Part shown: positions 1 to 10,329 of the stretch, in pieces | How the letters are laid out: each line of letters starts with the position of its first letter | How positions within the stretch are numbered: position 1 is the stretch's first letter | NCBI GenBank assembly: GCA_031422435.1 | Contig: JANPLU010000107.1 | Location: 50,622-114,621 of the forward strand | Length of the DNA: 64,000 nt | Direction: 5' to 3' | Source of the DNA: Acaryochloridaceae cyanobacterium VAR_48_metabat_390 | GTDB lineage: Bacteria > Cyanobacteriota > Cyanobacteriia > Thermosynechococcales > Thermosynechococcaceae | Made by a program: the position numbers and the translations under genes | Notes under the pieces: model-generated | What the model saw: the letters and a program-made list of their open reading frames with translations, nothing else | Database searches by the model: none | What the model was told of the DNA's origin: nothing

Positions 1-27
1 AATAACCTTCAGTTTGGCGAAGCCGAT

Positions 28-546
28 ATGCCCCGTTCTCAACGCAACGATAACTTTATTGATAAGTCTTTTACAGTCATGGCAGACATGATCTTAAAGG
101 TTCTGCCCGCCACCCATCGCCAAAAAGAAGCCTTTGCCTACTATCGTGATGGCATGTCGGCGCAGGGCGATGGCGAATATGCCGAAGCCCTCGATAACTA
201 CGAAGAAGCCCTCAAGCTAGAGGATGATGATTATGATCGCGGCTATGTTCTCTATAACATGGGGCTAATTTACGCCAGCAATGGAGACCATACCAAGGCG
301 TTAGAACTTTATCATCAGGCACTTGAGCTGAACGGTCGCCTGTGTCAGGCGCTCAATAACGTTGCCGTCATTTATCACTATCAGGGTGAGCAAGCCGCTG
401 AAGAAGGTCGCCCCGATGACGCAGATGAGCTATTTAACCAGGCCGCCGAATACTGGAAACGCGCGATTCGCGTGGCTCCTAATAACTACATCGAAGCCCA
501 AAATTGGCTAAAGACGACCGGACGCTCCACGATGGATCTGTACTAA
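28..546 (+). CDS. ycf3: Photosystem I assembly TPR protein Ycf3
   Basis: N-terminus [23 protein letters not shown] repeats, C-terminal [17 protein letters not shown]. Confidence 0.97.
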   Translation: MPRSQRNDNFIDKSFTVMADMILKVLPATHRQKEAFAYYRDGMSAQGDGEYAEALDNYEEALKLEDDDYDRGYVLYNMGLIYASNGDHTKALELYHQALELNGRLCQALNNVAVIYHYQGEQAAEEGRPDDADELFNQAAEYWKRAIRVAPNNYIEAQNWLKTTGRSTMDLY

Positions 547-558
547 AAGCACTCTCCC

Positions 559-852
559 ATGATTGATCAAGCCCAAGTTCATAAAGTCGCTCTGCTGGCG
601 CGTCTTGCGTTAACGCCAGAAGAAGAGATACAGTTTACAACCCAACTCGGCGGCATCTTAGACTACTTTGAGCAGCTCAGTGAGCTAGACGTCACCCATG
701 TAGCACCGACCACTCGCGCCATTGACGTTAGCAATATTACCCGCGCGGATGATCTGAAGGTTTGGGGCGATCGCGATGCCATTTTAGACAATGCCCCTGA
801 CCAAGACGGTGACTTTTTTAAGGTTCCTAAAATTATGGAAGACGCAAGCTAG
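559..852 (+). CDS. gatC: Asp-tRNA(Asn)/Glu-tRNA(Gln) amidotransferase subunit C
   Basis: VHKVALLARL...LDYFEQLSELD...FFKVPKI, 97 aa, follows ycf3. Confidence 0.95.
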   Translation: MIDQAQVHKVALLARLALTPEEEIQFTTQLGGILDYFEQLSELDVTHVAPTTRAIDVSNITRADDLKVWGDRDAILDNAPDQDGDFFKVPKIMEDAS

Positions 853-1220
853 ATCTAGCGTCTTCCAATAGGGTACTTTACTGATTTCAGATTGGGGCAC
901 TAACCTTATCTGTAGACAGTCATCTTACTCATTAGTACGGGTAATTGCGGATAGACTATCCGCTCTAGACGTCACAAAATCCGTGAATTTCCCCATGTGA
1001 AAGTAAGATGCACTGCTCATAATAAAGCTATGAGCAAGTTCATTCTCTCCTCAAGATCTACGATAGAAAGGCAAAATTATGTTGTCCTTACTTGAGTCTA
1101 TTGAAATTCAAACGATCTGTATTTGGGCAATTTGTTTTCTGTTTGGTTTTTACTTCTCCCTTAAAGAATCTCATTAAGGCTGTGTCTTAATCCTTTAGGG
1201 CGCTGCTTTCCTGGTTTTTA

Positions 1221-1559
1221 GTGTCTAACACCATGATTAATGCAACAAGCGCTATTCTTGCTTCAAAACAGTTTTTGTTAACGAGAGTTTCTTTGAGAGA
1301 CCTTCTTCAAAGGCTATCTAACCCTGCACTTAATCAAATCAACCTGAATGATCCCCAGACGGCTCGGTTGATTTGTCGCTTAATTCCTAACAATTGCCCT
1401 TTTGAACGCGATGTATTTTTGCTAGGCCGAAAGATAGGCCACATTCCGGCACTATGCAAACTCAACCCTCTCTACGAACAGTTTATAGAGCTGCGGTTTA
1501 AGGCGTTAACATTTTTGGCTGATGAATGCGGTGAGGATGTGACGCCCTACTGTCAATAG
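1221..1559 (+). CDS. 'Mo-dependent nitrogenase C-terminal' domain protein (function unknown)
   Basis: CRLIPNNCPFERD...HIPALCKLNPLYEQ...LRFKALTFLADECGED motif. Confidence 0.85.
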   Translation: MSNTMINATSAILASKQFLLTRVSLRDLLQRLSNPALNQINLNDPQTARLICRLIPNNCPFERDVFLLGRKIGHIPALCKLNPLYEQFIELRFKALTFLADECGEDVTPYCQ

Positions 1560-1590
1560 CCAATCCAGTTTTGCGATCTCTCCTATTGCT

Positions 1591-1626
1591 AATGCTGATG
1601 ATGTTTACACCATCAGCATTTTTTAT
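1591..1626 (+). terminator. Intrinsic terminator between convergent genes
   Basis: aatgctgatg/catcagcatt 10-bp stem followed by a T-run. Confidence 0.7.
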
Positions 1627-1634
1627 GAGTTGTT

Positions 1635-2627
1635 TTATTTATATTCAATGAGAGCGCTGCGATCGCCCCTCAGTCGATTGATATGAAACCATAGCTGACC
1701 CTGAAGCTCTGGAAACTTTGCCAGCGTACAAAACAACCCGTAGTAAAACGCGACAGATCGACCACATTGGCGACGGGTTTGTCGATAGGTTTTAAGCATC
1801 AGCACAGGATACAGAAGCCCGAGTAAACCACTCCAGAAATGCGTCATAGGCAATAGCACAAAGCTTAAGAGCGGCACCCCTGCACCCCAGATCCAAATTC
1901 GACGGCTTTCTCTTTGCCAAAATCTTTCAGCCTCATGCCGATGGAGCCAGGACACTTCAGCATAGGCATGCCCCCCCCGAATAGCACGCCGCCACCACTG
2001 CGAAAAGTACAGCATCTGGGCATCATGCCAGGTCATGTCTTGATCAATTCGCATAATGCGCCATTTCTGCCGCCGCAGTCGCAGACACAGTTCGGGTTCT
2101 TCCCCTGCAATGAGCTGCTCAGTATAGCCTCCTGCTTTTTGAAACGCGGTAACTCGCATTAGCGCATCGCCGCCGCAGGCCAAGGCTTCGCCGATGGGCG
2201 TATTCCATTCAAGGTCACAAAGGGCATTAAACACAGAAACGTTCGGGAATCGCTCTCGTCGTCGTCCGCACACGACGGCAATGCTGGAGTCAGCCTGAAT
2301 CGCGGCTAAAGCGAGATCGAACCACCCTGCCTCTAGCACACAATCTCCATCCACAAACTGGACATAGCCCAGACTGGGATAAAGCTCCAGCAGCCTTGCA
2401 AAGCCGATATTACGGGCACGAGCAGCGGTAAAGGGGATTGATAAATCTAGCTCAATCACCTTAATTCCCAGAGTTTTTGCAGACATTACGCTGCCATCCG
2501 TAGAGCCAGAATCGACGTAGATTAGGTGCGATGACTGGGCGATCGCAGAATTGAGACAGGCCATGAGGCGATCGCCCTCATTCCGTCCAATCACCACAAT
2601 GCCAAGCCCACTAGATTCACTCGTCAT
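1635..2627 (-). CDS. Family 2 glycosyltransferase with C-terminal TM segments
   Basis: VVIGRNEG, YVDSGSTDGS, FVDGD, GEEPELCLR motifs. Confidence 0.9.
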   Translation of the reverse strand: MTSESSGLGIVVIGRNEGDRLMACLNSAIAQSSHLIYVDSGSTDGSVMSAKTLGIKVIELDLSIPFTAARARNIGFARLLELYPSLGYVQFVDGDCVLEAGWFDLALAAIQADSSIAVVCGRRRERFPNVSVFNALCDLEWNTPIGEALACGGDALMRVTAFQKAGGYTEQLIAGEEPELCLRLRRQKWRIMRIDQDMTWHDAQMLYFSQWWRRAIRGGHAYAEVSWLHRHEAERFWQRESRRIWIWGAGVPLLSFVLLPMTHFWSGLLGLLYPVLMLKTYRQTRRQCGRSVAFYYGLFCTLAKFPELQGQLWFHINRLRGDRSALIEYK

Positions 2628-3183
2628 TGCGCGACCATTCCTGCGACTTTAAAATCCGAGCCGGAATACCCACCGCCGTCTGACCTGCACCAATATCAGT
2701 CAACACAACGGCATTAGCGCCAATATTGACATCATCCCCCAGGATAACGCCGCCCAAAATCTTAGCCCCTGCCCCCACATTGACCCGATTGCCCAAGGTT
2801 GGAGCCTCTAGGGGACGATCTAAATAACGATTGCCCAGCGTAACGCCCTGACGCACAATGCAGTCATCTCCAATGCGACAGTGACCGTGAATGACGATCG
2901 CACTCTGATGCTCAATCACAACGCGACGGCCTACCTGCACCGTATAGGGTAAGTCAATGCCGTAGCCATTGCGAACCTTACGATAAATGGCTTTGTACAG
3001 CACACTGAGGGGCGCACGCAGCGCCTTGGGCTGCACCTGCATCCGCCAAACCCCAAACCGATGAGCTGCCACTGCCCGAAATCCTGGCTTTGTCCAGTCT
3101 CGCCCATGAGCCACCCAATCTTCCTGGATTTGCGCCCATAGCCCCAGCCTTGCGTGAGAGGAATCCGTCACGACAGCCCTCAT
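2617..3183 (-). CDS. Serine-acetyltransferase-like hexapeptide acyltransferase (polysaccharide-associated)
   Basis: Hexapeptide repeats (VNVGAGAKILG, IGANAVV), AVGIPARI; overlaps both neighbouring GT genes. Confidence 0.85.
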   Translation of the reverse strand: MRAVVTDSSHARLGLWAQIQEDWVAHGRDWTKPGFRAVAAHRFGVWRMQVQPKALRAPLSVLYKAIYRKVRNGYGIDLPYTVQVGRRVVIEHQSAIVIHGHCRIGDDCIVRQGVTLGNRYLDRPLEAPTLGNRVNVGAGAKILGGVILGDDVNIGANAVVLTDIGAGQTAVGIPARILKSQEWSRNDE

Positions 3184-4214
3184 TTAACCCCAATACTGTT
3201 GCAAAAAAAATCCCATAAAAAGTAGGGCGGATCGGTGTCGGGTTTTCTAAACAGCCAGCGCCGGATCCGCCACAGCGAAAACCCCGTCATCCAAAACAAA
3301 TCAGCAAGGGCAGCATAGAGGGCACCATGAAACTTCAGAAAATAGCGATGACGAGATTTAAACCAGTATTGCGGCATTCTTTGGGGCGATCGCCTGGTAT
3401 CGGTTACGCCCGTACTTTGCCCCACCAAATGCACCACTCGACTTTTGGGCACATACCAACACTCCCAGCCAGCCAGCCGCGCCCGATGGCAAAAATCGAC
3501 TTCTTCAAAGTATAAAAAGTAATTCTCATCAAATAAGCCTGCTGTCGCCAACACCTCACGGCGAATCATTAGGCTGGCACCTGCCAACCAGTCAGAAGGA
3601 CAGGGTTCTGAAGTGATGGGCATTGCCAATTTGCGGTGCGCGATGAGTCGAGACACCGCGCCCAAACGTAGCCCATGATCTAGCTCGCTCCAAATCGACG
3701 GGAACCGGAACGCCGAGGTCTGCGGGGTGCCGTCTGGGTCTTCCAGGCGGCTACCCACTAAGCCTACGGTGGGGTTTTCATTTAAAAACTGAATGAGGGG
3801 GGCGATCGCCCCTTCACGTACCGCAGCATCCGGGTTCAGCAGCAGAACATAGTCAGGGGGATGTTGAGATTTCAACGCCTGTTGCAGCACAACATTATTG
3901 CCGTACGCAAACCCGCCGTTTTTCGGCAGCGGCTCCAACCGAATCCAGGACGGATTCTGGCGCGCTATAAGCCCTTGGCGCAATATCTCTAAAGACCCAT
4001 CTCCTGAGGCATTATCAACAATCACCACCGACATCTGAAGGCCGCGCTGCTGCTCTGCAATCAAAGACGTAATGCAGTCTAGTACCAAAGATGCGGTCTT
4101 GTAGTTCACAACAACAACCCAAAGCGCCGCCGAGGGAAAGCTTTGCAGGTTTAGCCCTTCGGATAGATTGGCTGTCGGCATAACGGTATTGAATGGATTG
4201 TAAAAGACGCCCAA
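3180..4214 (-). CDS. Family 2 glycosyltransferase (start may be further downstream)
   Basis: VVVNYKT, VDNASGDGS, NGGFAYGNN, LLNPD, YFLYFEEVDFC. Confidence 0.9.
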   Translation of the reverse strand: MGVFYNPFNTVMPTANLSEGLNLQSFPSAALWVVVVNYKTASLVLDCITSLIAEQQRGLQMSVVIVDNASGDGSLEILRQGLIARQNPSWIRLEPLPKNGGFAYGNNVVLQQALKSQHPPDYVLLLNPDAAVREGAIAPLIQFLNENPTVGLVGSRLEDPDGTPQTSAFRFPSIWSELDHGLRLGAVSRLIAHRKLAMPITSEPCPSDWLAGASLMIRREVLATAGLFDENYFLYFEEVDFCHRARLAGWECWYVPKSRVVHLVGQSTGVTDTRRSPQRMPQYWFKSRHRYFLKFHGALYAALADLFWMTGFSLWRIRRWLFRKPDTDPPYFLWDFFCNSIGVK

Positions 4215-4500
4215 CGCTCATTCAAGAGACTGAAGACCGCGCCATGATAAGACCATTATGCCCAGCGATAGCACCAAAGAATCCTTGCTTGCGGCTCTTC
4301 TCTAAGGGACTCAAAATCGGTAGTGTCGGCGACAAACATCAAACAAGTTTTTCATTATGCTCACATCATGCCAAGAGTTGTCTACACTCTTAGGGATAGC
4401 CTTTACAAATCTCAGCAAAGTGATGCAGTATTTCTGGTCTGTTCACACGCTTCCTTCGGTAAAGGTGACTGAATTAACTTCCTTTGCTCTGAGCGGAGAA

Positions 4501-4716
4501 ATGACGATGAATCAGCTCAAAACTATAGCGCCTCAAGTTCCTGCTTTTCGAGCAGACGGAAAGTACTGGAGTGAGCTTCGACAGGCTATTTCTAACACAT
4601 CAGGCTTTAAACGATGGGTGCTAGATCGAAAAATCGAGCCTAAAAGCTCGGAAGGGACGCTAGATGCGATGGTTCAGCTCTATCTGCGCCAAACGCTTGA
4701 AACGCTGGCCTATTAG
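4501..4716 (+). CDS. Small conserved cyanobacterial hypothetical protein
   Basis: W..LRQAISNTSGFKRW...YLRQTLETLAY resembles a small cyanobacterial family; start chosen at the ATG after GGAG. Confidence 0.7.
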   Translation: MTMNQLKTIAPQVPAFRADGKYWSELRQAISNTSGFKRWVLDRKIEPKSSEGTLDAMVQLYLRQTLETLAY

Positions 4717-4771
4717 GTTCAATCAGCGCTCAAAATTCCTCTGACCTCGTGCGTTTTTGCTGTACGCCCTT

Positions 4772-4800
4772 AAGCTGCTGTCCTCGGATAGCGGCTTTTT
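4772..4800 (+). terminator. Intrinsic terminator
   Basis: aagctgctgtcc/ggatagcggctt stem with G-U pairs followed by TTT. Confidence 0.65.
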
Positions 4801-4995
4801 ACATTTGGATGTTGTTAGAGCCATCTTGACTAAAGTGCCTCTCACCGCACACAGGAGGCGGTATTATGCCCCCAACCCCTCCTGTAATGTTTTTCATTTA
4901 TGTTCTACTGTCTAAGTCGTAAAATGATGTTCGGGCATTTAAGTAATGTTACTTAGCCGAAAATGCTAATGCATGTTCCTTAAAGAATCAACAAA

Positions 4996-5553
4996 ATGGC
5001 TAAGTTTTATACAGACTTATCGCAGTCTTTAGTCGAATTTATTCAAGCACAGTCTCTCTTTTTTGTGGCAACGTCGCCCCAAGAGGGACGCATTAATTTA
5101 TCTCCTAAGGGCATTAATACCTTTCGATGTTTGGCTGCCAACCAAGTGGCTTACCTAGATTTGACTGGAAGCGGTAATGAAACAAGCGCCCATCTTGAAG
5201 AGAATGGGCGTTTAACCATTATGTTTTGCAGTTTTTCCGATGAGCCGCTGATTCTGAGGCTGTACGGTCAGGGACGTGTGATTCGTCCTTATGCACCTGA
5301 GTGGAATGACTATGCTGCATCGTTTGACCTACTGCCCGGAATGCGCCAAATTATTGTGCTAAATATCGAGCAGGTGCAGACATCCTGTGGCTTTGGGGTA
5401 CCGCTGCTAGACTACCAGGGCGATCGCCAAACCCTTCTAGACTGGGCCAAGGCCAAAGGAGAAGAGGGGATACGGCAATATCAGCATCAGAAAAACCAGC
5501 GCAGTATCGACGGGTTGCCCACTTATCTGCTGGAAGGTTCTGAGCGTCCCTGA
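4996..5553 (+). CDS. Pyridoxamine 5'-phosphate oxidase family (FMN-binding split barrel) protein
   Basis: FFVAT..GRINLSPKG, YLDLTGSGNETSAH, QTSCGFGVP, NQRSIDGLP. Confidence 0.9.
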   Translation: MAKFYTDLSQSLVEFIQAQSLFFVATSPQEGRINLSPKGINTFRCLAANQVAYLDLTGSGNETSAHLEENGRLTIMFCSFSDEPLILRLYGQGRVIRPYAPEWNDYAASFDLLPGMRQIIVLNIEQVQTSCGFGVPLLDYQGDRQTLLDWAKAKGEEGIRQYQHQKNQRSIDGLPTYLLEGSERP

Positions 5554-5628
5554 ACCGCCTAAAATGATGGGGATCTCTGATTGTTCAGAAGTGCTGGTCT
5601 TCCCTTTTTCTTTATTGATAGAGACGTC

Positions 5629-6996
5629 ATGACGCAGCGACCCAAAATTATTGTGCTTGACGACGATCCCACCGGATCCCAGACGGTTCATAGCTGTTTG
5701 CTGCTGACGCGCTGGGATGTGGAAACCCTGCGAATTGGGCTAGCCAACACCGCACCGATTTTTTTTATTCTGACCAACACCCGTGCCCTCGCGCCAGAGG
5801 CAGCCGCGCAGGTGACGCGGGAAGTTTGTGAGAACTTAAAAGTGGCGATCGCTGCGCACCAAGAATCCGCTAACGCATCTACTCCAGATTTTCTGGTGGT
5901 TAGCCGCTCTGACTCAACATTGCGTGGTCACTACCCCCTCGAAACAGACGTCATTGCCGAAGCGCTAGGGCCGTTTGATGGTCACTTTTTGGTTCCTGCC
6001 TTCTTTGAAGGGGGACGCATTACCCGCGACAGCATTCACTATTTGATAGTGGACGGTGTGCCCACACCAGTCCATAAAACCGAGTTTGCCAAAGACTCTG
6101 TGTTTGGATACAGCCATAGCTACTTACCCGACTATGTGGCAGAAAAAACAGCCGGTAAAATTGCCGCTGAGAATGTAGAGCGCTTTGTGCTGGCAGATCT
6201 GCGTGCGGGGAGTTTAGAGCGGCTGCTCAAGCTCTCTCATAATCAGTGCGTTGTCGTGGATGCAGAGCAGCAAAGTGATTTAGACCAATTTGCCCAAGAT
6301 GTTTTAGCGGCGACAGTAAAAGGAAAACGCTTCTTATTTCGCAGTGCGGCTAGCCTTTTGACCGCCCTGGCTCAACTGCCCCCTCAACCCGTTGCTGCCG
6401 CCCAAATGGCTCGGTACGTAAAAGGTCAGCAGCCTGGCGCTTTTATCGTTGGCTCTCACGTCAAAAAAACCACTGAGCAGCTCTCTCACTTGCTGAAGGC
6501 AAACGGCATTACTGGGATTGAAATCCCAGTCAGTCCCCTACGAGATACTGCAGATGCTTATGCGACGCTGCTTCAGGAAACCTTAGTAAGGGTGCGAACT
6601 ATTCATAGACAAGGGCAAACACCCGTCGTGTACACCAGTCGGACAGAACTTCAGTTTGACGACCCTGAAACGCGGCTTCAGTTTGGCGAACGGGTCTCGG
6701 CACTGCTGATGGACGTTGTGAAAGGTTTACCCCCTACCCTCGGCTATTTGGTCAGCAAAGGCGGCATTACGTCTAACGATGTGTTGAGTACCGGACTTAA
6801 CCTCAGAACAGCTTGGCTGCTGGGTCAAGTGATTCCAGGCTGTTCAGTAGTTCAAACCACTTCAGAACATGCGCTATTTCCGAATCTCCCTGTGGTGCTG
6901 TTTCCAGGAAATGTGGGTGATGAAGAGGGTTTGACGACCGTTTATCAGCGCTTTAATGTAGCTCAGCAATTTCCCATGACCACAACGCCTCCCTAA
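5629..6996 (+). CDS. Four-carbon acid sugar kinase family (DUF1537) protein
   Basis: IIVLDDDPTGSQT, SRSDSTLRGH, SKGGITS, FPGNVG. Confidence 0.9.
   Translation: MTQRPKIIVLDDDPTGSQTVHSCLLLTRWDVETLRIGLANTAPIFFILTNTRALAPEAAAQVTREVCENLKVAIAAHQESANASTPDFLVVSRSDSTLRGHYPLETDVIAEALGPFDGHFLVPAFFEGGRITRDSIHYLIVDGVPTPVHKTEFAKDSVFGYSHSYLPDYVAEKTAGKIAAENVERFVLADLRAGSLERLLKLSHNQCVVVDAEQQSDLDQFAQDVLAATVKGKRFLFRSAASLLTALAQLPPQPVAAAQMARYVKGQQPGAFIVGSHVKKTTEQLSHLLKANGITGIEIPVSPLRDTADAYATLLQETLVRVRTIHRQGQTPVVYTSRTELQFDDPETRLQFGERVSALLMDVVKGLPPTLGYLVSKGGITSNDVLSTGLNLRTAWLLGQVIPGCSVVQTTSEHALFPNLPVVLFPGNVGDEEGLTTVYQRFNVAQQFPMTTTPP
5844..5870 (+). repeat. HIP1-inserted 18-nt element, copy 1 (in-frame, AIAAHQESA)
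   Basis: GGCGAT[CGCTGCGCACCAAGAATC]CGC. Confidence 0.8.
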
Positions 6997-7029
6997 TAGA
7001 CGTGGCATAATGAGGCGTCACCTCTCAAA

Positions 7030-8118
7030 ATGCTGCTGTTGGCTATGGCTCCTGTTTCAGACCCACCGTCCATTCTCATTCAGCCCCTTGCGGCAAATCC
7101 CGAAAATTTGGAGCTTCAGCTTCCCGATCCTGAGAATGAAGACTTAACGGATTTTGACTTCTTAGAGCAGGTGGAAACGGTCTGGCAAGTCTGCGATCGC
7201 TTTGACCTACAAACCGAAATCTGGCGCGGGCGAATTTTGAAGGCGGTGCGCGATCGCGAAAAACGCGGCGGGGAAGGCCGAGGGATTGGGTTTCTTAACT
7301 GGCTGCAAAATCATGAGATTAGCAAAACTCAGGCTTATCGCCTGATGGAGCTAGCCAACAGTGCCGATAGCCTTTTGGCGGATGGCAAACTAGAGCCAGA
7401 GTCGATGAACCTTTTTAGCAAATCGGCCTTTTTAGAAACGGCTCAAGCCGAACCAGAAGTGCAGCAGATGATCACCGAAGCCGCCCGAGACGGCAAGCGA
7501 ATTACGCGCCGTGAAGTACGTCAGCTCTCTGACGACTGGACGGCAATGTCTTCTGAATTAATCCCCGCCGAAATCAAAACGAAGGCGGCAAACAATACCA
7601 TCCCTAGTCGCTATCTTGCTCCCCTGGCCCATGAGCTAGAAAAGCTTCCGCCCGAACACCAAACGATACTGCAAGCAGAACTGACAGAAAGTCCTGATAT
7701 AGAGACGCTCAAACAGGTCACGGCTGAAGCTAAATATTTAGCCAAATATCTAGACTCTTCTGCTCATGTTCAGGCACTAGAAGACAGCGGGATTGACCTA
7801 GAACAGGCACTAGAAGAAGCCCTGCGGATCGGCTGTCTCAACACCGCAGCAGATTTAGTGCATCAGGCTGCCCAGCTAGAGCAGTGCATGGCAAAACTTC
7901 ATATGACCTGGAAGCGCCTAGGCAAACTTTCAGAGCGTCTTTATGTTGATAGTGGCACGAGTACGCCTCAACTGCGGCAGCTTTTGCAATCTCTCGAAAA
8001 ACTCACCACCGACACGCTAGAACTAGACTGGGGATCTGGAGAGAATAACCTACATCCTGTTCTGATTCGTTTTAAGGTTTTGACAGAAGACCATGAGCCA
8101 GACGCCGCTACACCCTAA
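7030..8118 (+). CDS. Conserved cyanobacterial hypothetical protein
   Basis: 362-aa ORF with CDRFDLQTEIWRGRIL..VRDREKRGGEGRG motif. Confidence 0.75.
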   Translation: MLLLAMAPVSDPPSILIQPLAANPENLELQLPDPENEDLTDFDFLEQVETVWQVCDRFDLQTEIWRGRILKAVRDREKRGGEGRGIGFLNWLQNHEISKTQAYRLMELANSADSLLADGKLEPESMNLFSKSAFLETAQAEPEVQQMITEAARDGKRITRREVRQLSDDWTAMSSELIPAEIKTKAANNTIPSRYLAPLAHELEKLPPEHQTILQAELTESPDIETLKQVTAEAKYLAKYLDSSAHVQALEDSGIDLEQALEEALRIGCLNTAADLVHQAAQLEQCMAKLHMTWKRLGKLSERLYVDSGTSTPQLRQLLQSLEKLTTDTLELDWGSGENNLHPVLIRFKVLTEDHEPDAATP

Positions 8119-9265
8119 GAACAGCAGACAGTGGAATGTATCTGATCCAGGACTATATCTCCTGCGCTGGGGTACCCTGGATTTCTATCTTCTGAAGGCA
8201 TTGTGTCTGCCGTTTTTGTTTGGTGTCAGTACGTTTTTAGGGATTAGTCTCACCCTAGGTTCCCTGTTTGATTTGCTGCGGCAGGTGAGTGAAAAAGGGT
8301 TGCCTCTCAGTATTGCCCTTCAGGTTTTAGGCTTACAAATCCCGAGCTTTTTGGTTTTGGCGTTGCCGATGGCAATGCTGTTGGCGTGCTTGGTAGTGTA
8401 TAACCGCTTGGCGCGAACCAATGAGATTACGGCATTTCGGAGCTTAGGGATTAGTTCTATTCGGCTTGCAGTCCCTGGCTTACTCTTGGGTTTATGGGTC
8501 ACGGGCTTGACCTTTATGCTGAGTGAGTTTGTGGTGCCTACTGCCAATTTACAGGCGGCGCAATTAATGAGTCAGGCGACTAATGCGCCTAAACCTGCGT
8601 TTAGAGATAAAAATATTTTTTATCGAGAATTTGAGAAAGACTCACTTTCCCGCGTGTTTTATGCCCGTCACTTTGATGGTGATCGGATGCAGGATCTCAC
8701 CATCCTAAGCTTTACCCAAGGAATGCTTGCGCAAATTTTGGTCATAGATACAGCGCGCTGGAACCCCATAACCCAGGTTTGGGATTTAGTAAATGGTACC
8801 GCCTATGCGCTAAGTGCCGATGCTCAAACCTATCAGGCCATTAATACGTTTGCAAAAACAGCCTTCCATTTGTCTCGTGGCCCCTTAGATTTAGCCACCG
8901 AAACGCGCACTGCGGATCAAATGGGTATTACTGATACCTATCAGTACTGGCGTTTAATCAAAGGCACAGGAGAGGTTAAGTATACGCGTCAGCTTGCGGT
9001 GCGGCTTCAGACAAAAGTGGCCTTTCCATTCATTTGTGTGGTGTTTGCATTGATAGGAGCGGCAATAGGGATACAGCAGCGACAACGCTCTAGCTCAAAA
9101 GGTTTTGGTCTCAGCCTAGTCATTATTTTTGGGTACTACACCGTTTCGTTTACCACGCGCTCCCTTGGAGAAGCGGGAGTTGTTTCGATTTTTGTGGCAG
9201 CTTGGGTTCCCCTCATTTCGGGACTATTAATTGGGGGTAAGCTGCTCTATGATGCTAATCGTTAA
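8093..9265 (+). CDS. LptF/LptG family LPS export permease
   Basis: LDFYLLK...PFLFG, LPMAMLLA..EITAFRSLGIS, 3+3 TM layout, AAWVP. Confidence 0.88.
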   Translation: MSQTPLHPKNSRQWNVSDPGLYLLRWGTLDFYLLKALCLPFLFGVSTFLGISLTLGSLFDLLRQVSEKGLPLSIALQVLGLQIPSFLVLALPMAMLLACLVVYNRLARTNEITAFRSLGISSIRLAVPGLLLGLWVTGLTFMLSEFVVPTANLQAAQLMSQATNAPKPAFRDKNIFYREFEKDSLSRVFYARHFDGDRMQDLTILSFTQGMLAQILVIDTARWNPITQVWDLVNGTAYALSADAQTYQAINTFAKTAFHLSRGPLDLATETRTADQMGITDTYQYWRLIKGTGEVKYTRQLAVRLQTKVAFPFICVVFALIGAAIGIQQRQRSSSKGFGLSLVIIFGYYTVSFTTRSLGEAGVVSIFVAAWVPLISGLLIGGKLLYDANR

Positions 9266-9274
9266 AGTTCATTA

Positions 9275-10006
9275 TTACGGTGCGTCGATGGCGGTACTGC
9301 CAAAGCGGTAACCTTTGCCGTAGATAGTGTGGATGAGCGGTGCATCTTGAGGTGCCTCAATTTTGCGGCGCAAGAGGCGAATATGAGCTGCTAATACATT
9401 GCTGGCTGGCTTTTCTTCTGTGGGCCATACCTGCTGATAAATTTCTTCGTGGGTTAAAAGCTGCGGGTGCTGCATTAAAACGGCTAGCAGCCGACATTCT
9501 TTTTCAGAAAGGGCAATCATACGCCCATTGCGGTAGGCCATCTGATCTTCTATATCTAGCTCTAGCCCTTCAGCGCTGATGCGGAGGCTAAGGGTCGCGT
9601 CTTCTTCTGGGGGTTTGGCCCTTAATAGATCGCTCCGACGCAGTAGCGCTCGCACCCGTGCCAACAGTTCGCGTAACTCAAAGGGTTTTACTAAGTAATC
9701 GTCCGCGCCAGCATCTAACCCCTGAATACGGGCATCTAGAGTATCTTTTGCTGTCAAAAATAAAACAGGGGTCGTATCTCCCTGCGATCGCAGCTTTTGA
9801 CATAGCTCAATCCCAGATTGCTTGGGTAACATCCAGTCTAAAATCAGCAGTTCATAGGGTACCCCTACGTTACCCTGGTGGGTCTGGATCATTTGCAGCG
9901 CTGTTTCACCGTCGTAGGCCACCTCTACGGTATAGCCCTCCCGCTTGAGCGCACGGCACAGCGGCGCTGTTAGTTCAACCTCATCATCTACTAAAAGAAT
10001 CGACAT
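9275..10006 (-). CDS. OmpR-family DNA-binding response regulator (RppA-like)
   Basis: ILLVDDE, LDWMLP, LTAKD, GADDYLVKPF, IHTIYGKGYRF. Confidence 0.9.
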   Translation of the reverse strand: MSILLVDDEVELTAPLCRALKREGYTVEVAYDGETALQMIQTHQGNVGVPYELLILDWMLPKQSGIELCQKLRSQGDTTPVLFLTAKDTLDARIQGLDAGADDYLVKPFELRELLARVRALLRRSDLLRAKPPEEDATLSLRISAEGLELDIEDQMAYRNGRMIALSEKECRLLAVLMQHPQLLTHEEIYQQVWPTEEKPASNVLAAHIRLLRRKIEAPQDAPLIHTIYGKGYRFGSTAIDAP

Positions 10007-10137
10007 ACGCTCTTGGCGATCGCCCTCCATCGGTCTAAAGTCTGTCTGAGGTCAGAACGCCTAAATCATAGGATAATTGTACGACAGGCACTTAGAATGG
10101 CTTGTCCTAGGCACAATAGACTTTTCTGAAATCACCC

Positions 10138-10329
10138 ATGCAGACCAGCAGCTACGGCTTTATTGGCAAGTTACTCGTTGTTTCAGCCATCCTGTCAGTC
10201 GGCATTAAAGCAATGGGTCCTCAGCTTGCAATCCCCGCTACGCAGCCTATTATTTTAACTCTAGTGCTGCTGCCTACGATGCTAATGGGATTAGTTTTGG
10301 GCTTGCAGTATCGTTTTAAGCGCCATTAA
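10138..10329 (+). CDS. Small two-TM membrane protein
   Basis: 63 aa, two hydrophobic helices (LSVGIKAMGP..IPAT). Confidence 0.65.
   Translation: MQTSSYGFIGKLLVVSAILSVGIKAMGPQLAIPATQPIILTLVLLPTMLMGLVLGLQYRFKRH

Noticed and set aside
1221..1559. 'Nitrogenase' domain as evidence for nitrogen fixation
   Set aside because: The family name is misleading; it occurs in non-diazotrophs and there are no nif genes here.
4265..4284. gcgatagcaccaaagaatcc resembling a deleted copy of the 18-nt element
   Set aside because: It needs a 5-nt deletion plus further changes; too degenerate to call.
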